64,000 bases of DNA from an uncultured Candidatus Saccharibacteria bacterium. GTDB taxonomy: Bacteria; Patescibacteriota; Minisyncoccia; Phycocordibacterales; JBBTRF01. Of the stretch, positions 28,080 through 38,264 are shown one piece after another. Location: contig CAZRTH010000001.1 in assembly GCA_964602975.1 (NCBI GenBank), forward strand, positions 70,303 to 134,302, read 5' to 3'. Numbering within the stretch: position 1 is the stretch's first letter; every line of letters starts with the position of its first letter. The translations under genes were made by a program, and so were the position numbers. Under the pieces are notes generated by a model. It was given only the letters and a program-made list of their open reading frames with translations. It was not told the origin of the DNA and did not search any database.

Positions 28080-29372
28080 CTATTGCTTTAGCTTGTTGAT
28101 AAACAGGACGGTGAGTAGCAAATTTACGGAGTGTACCTCAGGTGCATTCATTTGGTAGTGGGTGTTGAGGAAATTGCAATCGAGTGCCAACACCGAAAAA
28201 GGCGTGCCGTCAGAAGCTCCGTGTCCGAGCGAGTGATCGGAGATGAGTGTCGCAAAAAATGGCTGAAGGCGATCTTCAGCCGCCACCATCACAGTGCCAG
28301 GCACGAAGCATTCTTCAGAAAGGAGGGCGATCGAACCGGACACGGATGCTTGCCAATCTTTTGAAGCTTTTTTGAGTACTGGCTCAACTCGTTTTTTAGT
28401 CTCATCGGAAAGTGAATCAAGGCCGTGCATGCCAAGGACCGAGAGAGCTGTCTCTGGCGAGATCCCGGCTTCTTTTTCTAGCGCCCGTACAAAATGCTGG
28501 CTGCCCATCGGCACCGTGATCGTCTGCATCGCCACACCCTTCTTCACAATAGTGAAATCCGACACCTCGCCGTCCACGTCCACCAGCAAAAAATGCCGTG
28601 GAACCGACGCCACATCTCGAACTACGGAAAAAGTGACCATCGGGAAGGTGTGAAAATTGATAGTGGATCGACGGAAAATAGGCTGAACCACCTCTCGGAT
28701 CTGTGCGAGCAATTCCGAACCGACCACGCTGAAGTAGAGAGCGACTTCGAGCTCCTTCATTTTTTTGCCCTTTGGCCGCGAGGTTTCGTAGCCGTTCAGA
28801 GACAAAGAGACGACGTGACTTTCCACCAATTCCAGCTGCTCATGAAAACGCTCGCCGTATTCGCTGGCAGCAAAAGCATCGGCAAAAGCATTCGCTTCCT
28901 TTTTCACCAATTCATCAAGCGCCTTTTCAGAAAATAGTTCCGGAGTGTCCTTCACCTCACGGACGATCTTTGTCTGCGACAAAAACCACGGCGAAGCGAG
29001 CGTACAGTGGATCTCCCCGACCGCATCACTGCGCAATCCTCCCAGCGGAGTGAAGGTGAGATGTTGCAAACCTTCTTTTTCGAGGCGATCAACCACTTTT
29101 TTCAGCACTGTGATCGCAGCCGCTGCCATGTCCTTCCCAGGCTTGGCAGTACGATGTAGGGGAAATGTTTCTTCGCAAGAAAAGAGGATTTTCGGAACGC
29201 GGCATGTCGCGCCGGCTGTTGCCGTATTAGCCAATGTCCCCAATGCGTCGGACGCAGGCTTGGTCTCAGAACAATCGCGAATAGCGAGACCGCCAGACAC
29301 TCGCTCACCTTCAATGTGAAGAAGGATGACGGGTACTTTATCTGAATGCATGCCAAACGAGAGCCGGCTCAT
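28080..29372 (-). CDS. Divergent FtsA/actin-like protein
   Basis: FLLVDVDGEVSD, TVPMGSQHF, LNGYET. Paired with the adjacent membrane protein. Confidence 0.7.
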   Translation of the reverse strand: MSRLSFGMHSDKVPVILLHIEGERVSGGLAIRDCSETKPASDALGTLANTATAGATCRVPKILFSCEETFPLHRTAKPGKDMAAAAITVLKKVVDRLEKEGLQHLTFTPLGGLRSDAVGEIHCTLASPWFLSQTKIVREVKDTPELFSEKALDELVKKEANAFADAFAASEYGERFHEQLELVESHVVSLSLNGYETSRPKGKKMKELEVALYFSVVGSELLAQIREVVQPIFRRSTINFHTFPMVTFSVVRDVASVPRHFLLVDVDGEVSDFTIVKKGVAMQTITVPMGSQHFVRALEKEAGISPETALSVLGMHGLDSLSDETKKRVEPVLKKASKDWQASVSGSIALLSEECFVPGTVMVAAEDRLQPFFATLISDHSLGHGASDGTPFSVLALDCNFLNTHYQMNAPEVHSVNLLLTVLFINKLKQ

Positions 29373-29411
29373 GGGAATATTGTATCACGAATCAGAGGCG
29401 AGCTAGCAAGA

Positions 29412-30080
29412 TCAGATCGTCCAGTTGTCCTTTGCAATCGCGCGGAGCAAAAATACTCCGTCGACCTCATCGAAGACGAGATACATCGTGGTCCAATCCA
29501 TTCCCTCGTACTGCGGGTTAAAGCCGGAATAGTGGAAAGCAACCAATTCCCGAGAACCCTTGTCAGTAAGAAGGCTGTTCTGGCTATTCCCGCTGCCCAA
29601 GGTCTTGTTCACTGCAGTGTCCGGAGCTGCCAGATAGTCGGCAGTGTTGATATATTTTTTCAAATAGTCGGCAACGGTCATATTGATCTCGTCACCCTTC
29701 CCATCAGTGTAACCGAAAAAGTGGAGCGTTTTGTCTGTGGTAATTTCCGAAACATTTTCTTTGGAGAGCGTGCTGCTCGCTAGGTTTAGATTCGGCACAT
29801 GGCGCAGAGAGAGACCATCGGGACTCACAAGCGTTTCAAGTTTGGCAAAGTCGGAAGAAGCGAGCGCTTCCAGCACCTTCTTCGACGCCGCAAAGAGACG
29901 AGCCTCTTTTTGTAGCTGCGCCTGCTGCTGCCGCTCGAGGGTCTGGCCAATTTGTTGGCCCTGATTTTGGCCGTTATTAGTAGAACCTTTTCGGCTCTGG
30001 ACAAACAGGTATCCGCTGAGCGCGATCGACGCGAAGAGAATGACGGCCACAAAGATACGAACGGCATATGAAGTCTTCAT
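29412..30080 (-). CDS. Membrane-anchored/secreted hypothetical protein
   Basis: N-terminal TM, FGYTDGKG, YEGMDW...LVF...D.WTI. Confidence 0.75.
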   Translation of the reverse strand: MKTSYAVRIFVAVILFASIALSGYLFVQSRKGSTNNGQNQGQQIGQTLERQQQAQLQKEARLFAASKKVLEALASSDFAKLETLVSPDGLSLRHVPNLNLASSTLSKENVSEITTDKTLHFFGYTDGKGDEINMTVADYLKKYINTADYLAAPDTAVNKTLGSGNSQNSLLTDKGSRELVAFHYSGFNPQYEGMDWTTMYLVFDEVDGVFLLRAIAKDNWTI

Positions 30081-30177
30081 GGAGTAATTATATACTTTTC
30101 TAGACAAAATAAGGAGAAGACGTATACTAAAAATGGATCCGTAATAAAACAACCGCTCACCAACGTAGATCAGAACT

Positions 30178-30624
30178 ATGAAAACTTGTTCCAAAAACGT
30201 CATCGACGAGCAACTCGAAGGACTGCTCGGTCATACAAATCCGACCTTTCTCTCGCAGCACGAATCAACCGTGGTCTCGTTCGAGAAATTGGTCTTACCC
30301 AAGCAGATCGAGGTCATGCAACTCATGGCCGAGCATATTCAGGCTCCCAATAGCGAGGTGACGCCGGAGTTGCTCGACAGGCTGATCCAAAAGTTAAATG
30401 TCGGTCGAGTAGAAGTCGCGGCAGTGCTTCCATTACTTCGACCGTTGCCGCACGAGACAAAACAGGCCGTAGCTGCAACCAACGCTGTCATCGCCATCGT
30501 CATTGAATCTGACTGTGAACTTCGTGCCATCCGCGAGTTTCAAAGGCAACAAGAGGAGCATCAGTATGCTCAACCAACGCCGGCCAGATCTCGTTACGAT
30601 CCGAAAATGCGCCGACTGCCGTAA
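30178..30624 (+). CDS. Orphan hypothetical protein
   Basis: 148-aa ORF with upstream TATACT and a downstream hairpin. Confidence 0.55.
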   Translation: MKTCSKNVIDEQLEGLLGHTNPTFLSQHESTVVSFEKLVLPKQIEVMQLMAEHIQAPNSEVTPELLDRLIQKLNVGRVEVAAVLPLLRPLPHETKQAVAATNAVIAIVIESDCELRAIREFQRQQEEHQYAQPTPARSRYDPKMRRLP

Positions 30625-30662
30625 CTCCTAGCACCTTATAAAAAATATCTTCGGAACAGATC

Positions 30663-30692
30663 GAGCCACCCTAACCCGGTGGTCTTTTTATT
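30663..30692 (+). terminator. Intrinsic terminator
   Basis: GCCACC...GGTGGT plus T tract. Confidence 0.5.
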
Positions 30693-30716
30693 ATAAAAAT
30701 TTAGCGAAAAAGAATG

Positions 30717-32600
30717 CTAGCCCAGCACCGCCTTGATGCGTCGCACGCCGGCAGATACCGCCTCTTCTTTGGTGATCTTGAATTTCCAAACTCCGGCCGG
30801 ACCGGCGAGCTCCTTGGTGTTCTTCACGTGAGGGCCACCACAGAATTCTTTTGAGTAGGCGGTGCGCACAGCGTCGGCGACAGAAGCCGCACCGGTACCG
30901 TCTGCCTCACCACCAATATAATAGACGGTCACCTTGTCGCCGTATTTGTCGCCAAAGAAATGCAGCGCACCCAGTTTTTCCGCTTCAGCCTTCGGGAGTT
31001 CAGCGACCTGCATCGGCAGCGCTGCCGCGATCTTTTCATTCACGATCGCCTCCACGCGCTTTTTCTCATCATCGGTCATCTTGGCACCGTGAGCAAAGTC
31101 AAAGCGAAGACGTTCAGCGGTGATGTTGCTTCCCTTCTGCTGCACCTGCGTGCCGAGCACATCTCGCAACGCCTGATGGAGCAGGTGCGTGGCGGTGTGA
31201 TATTTCACTGACATCTCATCGGTGTCGGCGAGACCACCCTTGAACTTCTGCGCTGCGCCAGCACGAGAAAGCTCTTGATGGGCTTTCATTTTTGCTTCAA
31301 ATTCTGCGATATCTACTTTTTTGCCAGATTCCTTGGCCAACTCAACCGTCAATTCTAGAGGAAAACCGTATGATGAAAAAAGTGTGAAGGCATCGGTACC
31401 CTTTTCAAATTCCTTCAGACCGTTTTTGAGCGTCTCGCGAAACTTACTTTCCTCTTTGTCGATCTCTTTCTTGATATGTTCCGCTTTCTCGAGAAGATTT
31501 CCGTACACTGGACCAAACTTTTCGATCACCGCACCGGCGATCCAGAAAAGCGAGCCAGGCTTCATGCCGAGCAAGTCGGCAAAGCGCACTACTCGCCTGA
31601 GCAAGCGGCGCAGAATATATCCTTGATCAGTGTTCGAAGGCAGAACACCATCGCTGATGAGAAATACTGCTGTGCGAAGGTGATCCGCGACAATTCTTTT
31701 TGCTCGCATATTATCTGCCGTCGAGAATTCATCGATCTTCCCCATGATCGTATCAAAGAGATCCGTATCAAAAACACTCTGCACTTTCGGGTTCTCCAAT
31801 CGCTGCAGCACCATACAGAGGCGCTCGAGGCCGGCGCCGGTATCAACATTCTTCTGCGCGAGCTTGCCGACGATCTTGCCCTCGCGTTTCTCAAACTCCA
31901 TGAACACATCGTTCCAGATCTCCACCACCTGTTGCTTCTCATCGGCCTCGTTGTATTGCTCGATGGTCAGATCGCCGAGACCTTTTTCGGTCACGTCATA
32001 GAACATCTCAGAGCACGGGCCGGTCGGGCCGGTCCAGCCGTCGCGCGTCTCGCCGCTCGCGGTCTTCTTCACTGCGGGCCACCAGTTGGAATCAGCGCCT
32101 TTGAAATAGATGCGATGCTCAGGCATGCCCACTTTCTTCCAGATCTCAAATGCCTCAGTGTCGCGCGGCACACCCGCCTTCTCATCGCCTTCAAACACGG
32201 TCACATAGAGACGGGCCGGATCGAGACCGAGTCCCTCTGTCTTGCTTGTGAGGAATTCGTAGCTCCACTTGATCGCGTCCTCCTTGAAATATCCGCCGAC
32301 TGACTCATCTCCGAGCGACCAGTTGCCGAGCATTTCAAAGAAGGTGCAGTGAGTGCTATCGCCGACCTCGTCGATGTCGATGGTGCGCACGCATTTCTGC
32401 GAGTCGGCTAGGCGCACACCGGATGGATGTTTGCCGCCCATTAGGTACGGCACAAGCGGCTGCATGCCCGCGGTGTTGAAGAGCGTTGTGTTGGTCGCAC
32501 TTGTCTCACTATTTGCGAGCAACGAATACGACGGGATGATGACATGACCCCTCTTCTCGAAGAATCTGAGGAATCGGCTACGAATGTCGTGAGATTTCAT
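30717..32600 (-). CDS. alaS: Alanine-tRNA ligase (no C-Ala domain)
   Basis: LFNTAGMQP, HCTFFEMLGNWS, GPCSE, DTGAGLER, editing HTATHLLH and EFCGGPHV. Confidence 0.97.
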   Translation of the reverse strand: MKSHDIRSRFLRFFEKRGHVIIPSYSLLANSETSATNTTLFNTAGMQPLVPYLMGGKHPSGVRLADSQKCVRTIDIDEVGDSTHCTFFEMLGNWSLGDESVGGYFKEDAIKWSYEFLTSKTEGLGLDPARLYVTVFEGDEKAGVPRDTEAFEIWKKVGMPEHRIYFKGADSNWWPAVKKTASGETRDGWTGPTGPCSEMFYDVTEKGLGDLTIEQYNEADEKQQVVEIWNDVFMEFEKREGKIVGKLAQKNVDTGAGLERLCMVLQRLENPKVQSVFDTDLFDTIMGKIDEFSTADNMRAKRIVADHLRTAVFLISDGVLPSNTDQGYILRRLLRRVVRFADLLGMKPGSLFWIAGAVIEKFGPVYGNLLEKAEHIKKEIDKEESKFRETLKNGLKEFEKGTDAFTLFSSYGFPLELTVELAKESGKKVDIAEFEAKMKAHQELSRAGAAQKFKGGLADTDEMSVKYHTATHLLHQALRDVLGTQVQQKGSNITAERLRFDFAHGAKMTDDEKKRVEAIVNEKIAAALPMQVAELPKAEAEKLGALHFFGDKYGDKVTVYYIGGEADGTGAASVADAVRTAYSKEFCGGPHVKNTKELAGPAGVWKFKITKEEAVSAGVRRIKAVLG

Positions 32601-32702
32601 TGTTTTGCAGTTTTACGCGTTTTCTCGACAGGCGTATGCCCGCGAGCGTTCAGTCGCACCATAGTAGCAAAAAAGCCGAAAATCGGCCATTTTGGGAGGG
32701 TA

Positions 32703-32732
32703 TTGACACTGTGGCTATATTTGGTGTATAAT
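32703..32732 (+). promoter_or_regulatory. sigma70 promoter
   Basis: TTGACA-18 nt-TATAAT. Confidence 0.75.
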
Positions 32733-32779
32733 ACTGGTTAGAAAGGCGGGCTGACAAACAACAGCTCGAACAGTTACAG

Positions 32780-33253
32780 ATGAATACTCCGACTCCAAAC
32801 CCGACCCAGCGCAAAAAAGGCATCTTTATCTCTCCGGCAGAGATAGTCCTCCTGTTGGCTGTGATCGGCCTCGTTTACCTGATCGGAAACGCCCTAGTGG
32901 GACAGCTCATGGATTCCGCGAAGCGGAACGTCTATGCCGAGCCCCTCTACCGCGACGGCATCACGCCAGCGGCGAACTCAGATGACGGCTTCACCGGCGA
33001 GATCATCAAGTTGGTAACGCCGACGAAAAGCAAGGTCGTAATGCTCGGCATACGGCAGTCCGTGCAACCCGACAGTGAGACCAACATCAACGTCAGAAAT
33101 GCGGTTTTCTTCGCCATCGGCGACGATACGATGCAGGTCGGCGACAAGGTCCACGTCAAAAAGTATTGGCACGTGCCACACAACCAAGGCGCTCAGAGCT
33201 ACAGCCTCTGGATGGCCATGAGGATCGGCGGCGAAATCACAAACAAGCGTTGA
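32780..33253 (+). CDS. Orphan single-TM protein
   Basis: KKG.FISPAE followed by a hydrophobic helix (prepilin-like start). Own promoter, and terminator at 33321-33350. Confidence 0.65.
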   Translation: MNTPTPNPTQRKKGIFISPAEIVLLLAVIGLVYLIGNALVGQLMDSAKRNVYAEPLYRDGITPAANSDDGFTGEIIKLVTPTKSKVVMLGIRQSVQPDSETNINVRNAVFFAIGDDTMQVGDKVHVKKYWHVPHNQGAQSYSLWMAMRIGGEITNKR

Positions 33254-33434
33254 TGCTGTCACTACCGACACCAACATCAACCGGAGTTACGCTGACTACC
33301 TCCTCAAAAAATTGTCAGGCAAACCGCAGAGAACCTGTGGTTTTTTTGTTATATTTCCAGCTTTCATCCGTCTCACTCATTTGCACAGGGCAGTGTAGAA
33401 TGATCCATATATATTATTTTTTAATATTACATTT

Positions 33435-33857
33435 ATGAAAAATTTAAACCCCTATCTACGATTCAATGACGGTAAGTGTCGCGAAGCGATGACCTTTTAC
33501 AAAGACTGTCTTGGAGGAGAGCTCACCTTCCAAACGATCGGCGAATCCCCCATGGCCAAGGAGATGCCTGCCGACAAGGGCGGACTCATCATGCACGCAG
33601 GACTCAAGAACGGCCCGATCGAGTTCTTTGCTTCCGATATGATGCGAGACAAAGCGACGGTCGGCGACAACATCGCCATGGCGATCAATGTCACGGACGA
33701 AAAAGAGGCGCGAAAGATCTTCGAAAATCTATCCCGAGGAGGCGAAGTGTTCATGCCGCTCGAGAAGGCATTCTGGGGAGCACTGTTCGGAGTCGTGACA
33801 GACAAATACGGGATCGAGTGGATGGTCAACTGCGGCCTTCCGATTGATCAGAAATAA
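33435..33857 (+). CDS. VOC/PhnB family protein
   Basis: LNPYLRF..G.C.EAM.FY, IMHA.L, FWGALFG.VTDKYGIEWMVN. Confidence 0.92.
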   Translation: MKNLNPYLRFNDGKCREAMTFYKDCLGGELTFQTIGESPMAKEMPADKGGLIMHAGLKNGPIEFFASDMMRDKATVGDNIAMAINVTDEKEARKIFENLSRGGEVFMPLEKAFWGALFGVVTDKYGIEWMVNCGLPIDQK

Positions 33858-33881
33858 ATAAGACCCAGCGTTCGCTCGCGA

Positions 33882-35693
33882 TTACTTTATCATCCCCGCA
33901 CCTTTCGCGAGCTTCTCGAGGCGTACGATGTCTTCCTCGATGGCGCGAATGCCGTCGGCAAAGAATTCCGGCTTAGTGACATCGATGCCGATATCCTTGA
34001 AAATATCCTCCGGTGACTTGCTGCCACCGGCACTCAAAAACTGCTCGATCTTCTTCAGGTAGCTCTTGTCCGCCTTGTATCGCTGATACAGTGCGCGCGA
34101 GATCAGGAACCCATAGGCATACGAATACACGTAGAAGAATCGGCGAATATGTCCCCAGGTGACAAAGAAGTAGCCGTCATTTTCCACGAGCTTCATCACC
34201 GGACCGAGGTAGGCTCCCATGTGGACGTTGAGCACCTCGGCGATCTCCTTGCGAGTGAGCGAACCTTTCTCGCGAATAGCGCCGTGCAATGCGAGTTCAA
34301 AGTTGAAACAAGCGATCTGTCGGAAGACCGTGGACATGGCATCATTGATGCGATCATGAAGTGCGAAGATCTTCTCCTTCTCGGACAATTTCTCGAAGAT
34401 CTCCTCGAAAACGAAGTTTTCAAACAACGTGCTTGCGGTCTCCGCGACAGAATAGGAATACCCCTGGTACAACACTGGCTGTGCATCACTGAGCTCGCTG
34501 TGAAATGCGTGCCCCATCTCGTGTCCGAAGGTCATCACCGAGTCGAGCGTGTCGGAGTGGTTGAGTAGCACGAAGGTCGGATTGTTCACCGATGAAGAGC
34601 AGAACGCCCCGCCCTCCTTCCCCTTTTTCGGAAACGCGTCGATCTGTCCGCTCTGCAAATACTTCTTCAGGATCTGCGGGTACTTGGCGTCGACTTTGCC
34701 AAAGGAGGTCATGAGGATGTCCACCGATTCGCCAAACGGCACCTTGCGAGAGATCTTGCCGAGATCGGCACCGCGATCGGCATACTCGAGCGTCTTGAGC
34801 TTGAGGAGTTTCGCCTTCAAAGCATAGAAGCGATGTGCCACCGGGAAATATCTCGTGACCGTGTTCACCAGATTCTCCACTGTCTGCGGATCATTCTGAT
34901 ATCCAAGCACTGTGCCGGCATACGGCTTGGCGAAACCGCGGAGCTCGTCGTTGATCTTCTTGTCGGTGTAGATGGCGTTGATCTCGGCTTCAGAAAAGTA
35001 GCTGATCTCTTTCAACTTGGCAGTGATGATACTCCAGAGCTTGCGGCGGAGTGTGACAGGCAGACTGGCCACCTTGTTGAGCGCCTCGGCAAGGGGCATC
35101 TCCTTTCCTTGGAATCGCACGGTCTGCACATTGAGCAACTTCTCCTGACCATCGGTCCAGAGCGAGTGTGCTGGCAATGACTTCAAGCTCATGATCTTCT
35201 CCTCGGCTTCGGAGAGATTGTACTTGGCGGTATCGAATATCTGCTTCAAGAAATAGCGGAAATGCGCGAGTTGCTTGCTCGCAAGAAATTCTTTCTGCTT
35301 TGCAGATTCGATCTTGGCCAGACGAAGACAGAAGAACAAGATAGTGTTCCCCGCTTTCGTGAGTCGGCTGATGAGTAGGTTGAGCTTGGCATCAGCCACT
35401 GCGTCCTCGCTGTTGAGATATTTGCTGTATGAAAAATACAAGCCCGGGCGATACGAGTCCGCTTGCTCGCTGAGCTTCTCCCAGTCGGTGAGCGCTTCGA
35501 AGAGTACCGCTTCGTTCGTGAGATAGTCGTTGCGAGCAGAATACTTTTTCGCGAAAACGGCATAGGCGGCCTCGAGAGCCTTGGTATCCGCCTCGATGCG
35601 TGGGTCCTCGTGAGACGAATAGAGGAGGCCGAGATTCCACTCAGTTTTGAATGCGGGCGACTCTTTCTTTGCGGGTTTCTTTGCGGATTTCAT
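33882..35693 (-). CDS. pepF: Oligoendopeptidase F (M3B)
   Basis: HEMGHAFH, AETAST..E, GKEGGAFC, FYVYSYAYG. Confidence 0.92.
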   Translation of the reverse strand: MKSAKKPAKKESPAFKTEWNLGLLYSSHEDPRIEADTKALEAAYAVFAKKYSARNDYLTNEAVLFEALTDWEKLSEQADSYRPGLYFSYSKYLNSEDAVADAKLNLLISRLTKAGNTILFFCLRLAKIESAKQKEFLASKQLAHFRYFLKQIFDTAKYNLSEAEEKIMSLKSLPAHSLWTDGQEKLLNVQTVRFQGKEMPLAEALNKVASLPVTLRRKLWSIITAKLKEISYFSEAEINAIYTDKKINDELRGFAKPYAGTVLGYQNDPQTVENLVNTVTRYFPVAHRFYALKAKLLKLKTLEYADRGADLGKISRKVPFGESVDILMTSFGKVDAKYPQILKKYLQSGQIDAFPKKGKEGGAFCSSSVNNPTFVLLNHSDTLDSVMTFGHEMGHAFHSELSDAQPVLYQGYSYSVAETASTLFENFVFEEIFEKLSEKEKIFALHDRINDAMSTVFRQIACFNFELALHGAIREKGSLTRKEIAEVLNVHMGAYLGPVMKLVENDGYFFVTWGHIRRFFYVYSYAYGFLISRALYQRYKADKSYLKKIEQFLSAGGSKSPEDIFKDIGIDVTKPEFFADGIRAIEEDIVRLEKLAKGAGMIK

Positions 35694-35742
35694 GCCCTAC
35701 ACTATACGCCAAAGATGCCCAAAAACAAATTATTGAAGAAAG

Positions 35743-36579
35743 TTAGCACAACGTCGCCAACTCCTCCTTCACTTCGCTGATCTTGCCGGTCGAAAGTCCC
35801 ATTGAGCTCAATATGGAGGTGTCAGCACTGAGCGATTTACACAACACAATACCCCTCTTGAACAATTCCTGGCGATGACTGTCGGTGAGAGAGTTGATGC
35901 AGGTGAGCGGATGAAGACCGCTTTCTTCGATCCATTGTTCGAGATTGCCTTTTTCTGGGTAGTTCCAACCGATCATTTTCAGGCCGGCACAGCGACCGTA
36001 GTCGATGGCGGTTTGGGTGAATTTTGTGTTGGTGATCAAACAGCCCTCGCCGAAGGCGCGCTTCTTGCCGCCGTAGTTGAACAACTGCGAACGCAAGTCA
36101 TCGAAGCGCGCCTTCACGTACAAGGCCACTTTCAGATCGGTCTTGAAGCCCAGTTCATTGTGAAATTTCAGCTCACAAAGAACAAGCTGAGCATCGTTAT
36201 ATGCCACCACATCCACTTCATGCGGGACGCAGGCGCCCTGCACTGTTTGATCGGTGAGCGCTTGATACCCTTTGGCACGAAACACCTCGGCGATGAACTT
36301 CTCAAAAGGAAAGCCGGTGGGTCCGAGACCGATGAGGGCGCGGCGAAGAGAATACTTCGCCGCCACCGGCTTTTGATGTTCGCGGAGCAGATTGAAAGCG
36401 TGTCGATAGATATCGCTGGTCGTGATACCAGGCACTATTTCTCGCTCGACGTGCTCGACGATCCTCGCGATCACGGCATCGCTAGTACCGACTCGCTTGA
36501 GCGAATACGCCAATTTCTCGGGACGGAAAGACTCGCTGGTGCCATCCGCCTTCAGAATATTGATCTGCTGAGAAGACAT
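35743..36579 (-). CDS. ATP-cone plus Mrr-like PD-(D/E)xK domain protein
   Basis: ILKADG.SE.F...KL..SL, GFPFEKF, HEVDVVA...ELKFH, LITNTKFT..A. Confidence 0.85.
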   Translation of the reverse strand: MSSQQINILKADGTSESFRPEKLAYSLKRVGTSDAVIARIVEHVEREIVPGITTSDIYRHAFNLLREHQKPVAAKYSLRRALIGLGPTGFPFEKFIAEVFRAKGYQALTDQTVQGACVPHEVDVVAYNDAQLVLCELKFHNELGFKTDLKVALYVKARFDDLRSQLFNYGGKKRAFGEGCLITNTKFTQTAIDYGRCAGLKMIGWNYPEKGNLEQWIEESGLHPLTCINSLTDSHRQELFKRGIVLCKSLSADTSILSSMGLSTGKISEVKEELATLC

Positions 36580-36596
36580 TCTCCCTATTCCTCAGA

Positions 36597-37073
36597 CTAG
36601 CCCTTAATGTTGATATTGAAGCTGTTGAGATCCTGATTTGCCGGCACTTCAAACAAATTCAAGCGGAGCTTCTTGCCATTCAATGTTCCTGAAATAACGA
36701 TCTGAGGCATTGCTTCAAACGAGACCTTGAACGGCTTCGATGTCACGACTTGCGCACACATATCGGCAGTGGACACAGAGGTGAACACGAGCGTGTAGGC
36801 AGTGGTGCTGTTGGCATCTTTTGAGTAACCACTGGTCAAATTGTGACAAGGAGTTGGAAGATCGATCTCGCCAACGTAGACATGGCGGCCGTCTTTAAAT
36901 TGATGCTTGACGTTCACCATTTGCACGTAGTCATCCTGTGTTGTCGGAGGAGTGTTCGTATCTGTCGTCTTAGGCGCATTTGGAGTAGCAAGCCAATAAA
37001 TGCCGAGGGCGAGGAGAACGATAACAACGACGCCAACGATCCAGGCTGTCATTGAATTTTTATTTGATTCCAT
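36597..37073 (-). CDS. Single-TM hypothetical protein
   Basis: N-terminal TM, LPTPCH...CAQVVT. Confidence 0.75.
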   Translation of the reverse strand: MESNKNSMTAWIVGVVVIVLLALGIYWLATPNAPKTTDTNTPPTTQDDYVQMVNVKHQFKDGRHVYVGEIDLPTPCHNLTSGYSKDANSTTAYTLVFTSVSTADMCAQVVTSKPFKVSFEAMPQIVISGTLNGKKLRLNLFEVPANQDLNSFNINIKG

Positions 37074-37111
37074 ATGCGTTTGAAAATAGTGTTGAGTGGA
37101 TAATACCCCTA

Positions 37112-38239
37112 TTATACTGCCAATTCCACAATCCCGCCACCGAGACAGACGCCGTCGCGATAGAGCACCACCGACTGCCCTGCCGAAGCAGCAAATTGCG
37201 GATGTGAAAAATGGAGCTGATACAGGCCATCTTTCCTAGGCACTGAGGAAATAGTGCAGCGATCCAGCGGTTGGCGGTAGCGAATTCGAGCCTCACACTC
37301 AGCACCATTTTGCGGCACCTGTCCAGTCCAGCTGACTTGGCCGATAGTGATGACTGTTGCACTTAGTGCGGATGAATTATGCACAGATGAGCCGGTTTCT
37401 GCTTGCGGCCGCTCGGAAACAGTGATGGTATTTGCCTCAATATCCCTTGCAGACACATACAAAGGTGAGTTGGAGTCGGTCTTCGTCGTGAGAGTGAATC
37501 CGTGTCTTTGGCCGATCGTGAAGAAAGTAGCGCCATCGTGTGTTCCGATCACCGACCCAGCTTCACTCAACACTTTCCCTTCTCGCAGCGGAATATAATG
37601 CGCGAGAAAGTCTTTCATGTCGACCTTTCCAATAAAGCAAAGTCCTTGACTGTCTTTTTTCTCGGCGGTCGGTAGGCGAAACCGCTTGGCGAGCTTGCGC
37701 ACCATCGGCTTGGTGAGATGTCCGACGGGAAACAGAATTTTTGAAAGCTGTTCCTGCTTGAGTGTCCACAAAAAATAGGTTTGATCCTTTTCAACGTCCG
37801 CTGACTCGCGCAATTCATACAGACCACTGTTCGAACTACTGCCCGAATCGCTGGCAGGACCTAACATGTTTTGCGCATAGTGCCCGGTGGCGACACAATC
37901 GGCCCCCATCTCCAGAGCTTTTTTCAGAAAGGCGCCGAATTTGATCTGCTTGTTGCACATTACATCCGGATTTGGGGTGCGGCCGGAGCGATATTCGGCG
38001 ATCATATAGTCGACGACGCCTTGTTTGTACTCTTTTTCTAGATCGATAGTGATGAACGGAATATTGATCGCCGCGGCCGCACGCATCGCATCGAGCCGCT
38101 CCTCTTTCCAGTTGCACGGCAAAAAATCTGGCTGCCACACCTTCAAAAAAACTCCGGTCACCTGATGTCCCGCTTTCTTGAGCAACGCCGCGGAGACCGA
38201 GCTATCCACCCCGCCGGACATGCCGACAAAAACTTTCAT
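37112..38239 (-). CDS. mnmA: tRNA 2-thiouridylase
   Basis: SGGVDS, TPNPDVMCN, ATGHYA, KDQTYFL, DSQGLCF. Confidence 0.97.
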   Translation of the reverse strand: MKVFVGMSGGVDSSVSAALLKKAGHQVTGVFLKVWQPDFLPCNWKEERLDAMRAAAAINIPFITIDLEKEYKQGVVDYMIAEYRSGRTPNPDVMCNKQIKFGAFLKKALEMGADCVATGHYAQNMLGPASDSGSSSNSGLYELRESADVEKDQTYFLWTLKQEQLSKILFPVGHLTKPMVRKLAKRFRLPTAEKKDSQGLCFIGKVDMKDFLAHYIPLREGKVLSEAGSVIGTHDGATFFTIGQRHGFTLTTKTDSNSPLYVSARDIEANTITVSERPQAETGSSVHNSSALSATVITIGQVSWTGQVPQNGAECEARIRYRQPLDRCTISSVPRKDGLYQLHFSHPQFAASAGQSVVLYRDGVCLGGGIVELAV

Positions 38240-38264
38240 GAGATGAATGTAGCATTAAAATTCA

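Noticed and set aside
31476-32303. Long antisense ORFs (here and at 35875, 58472, 59480)
   Set aside because: Shadows of well-supported minus-strand genes, with no motifs of their own.
30717-32600. Short AlaRS (also short L13 and UvrC) as pseudogenes
   Set aside because: Reading frames and catalytic motifs are intact, consistent with streamlined forms.
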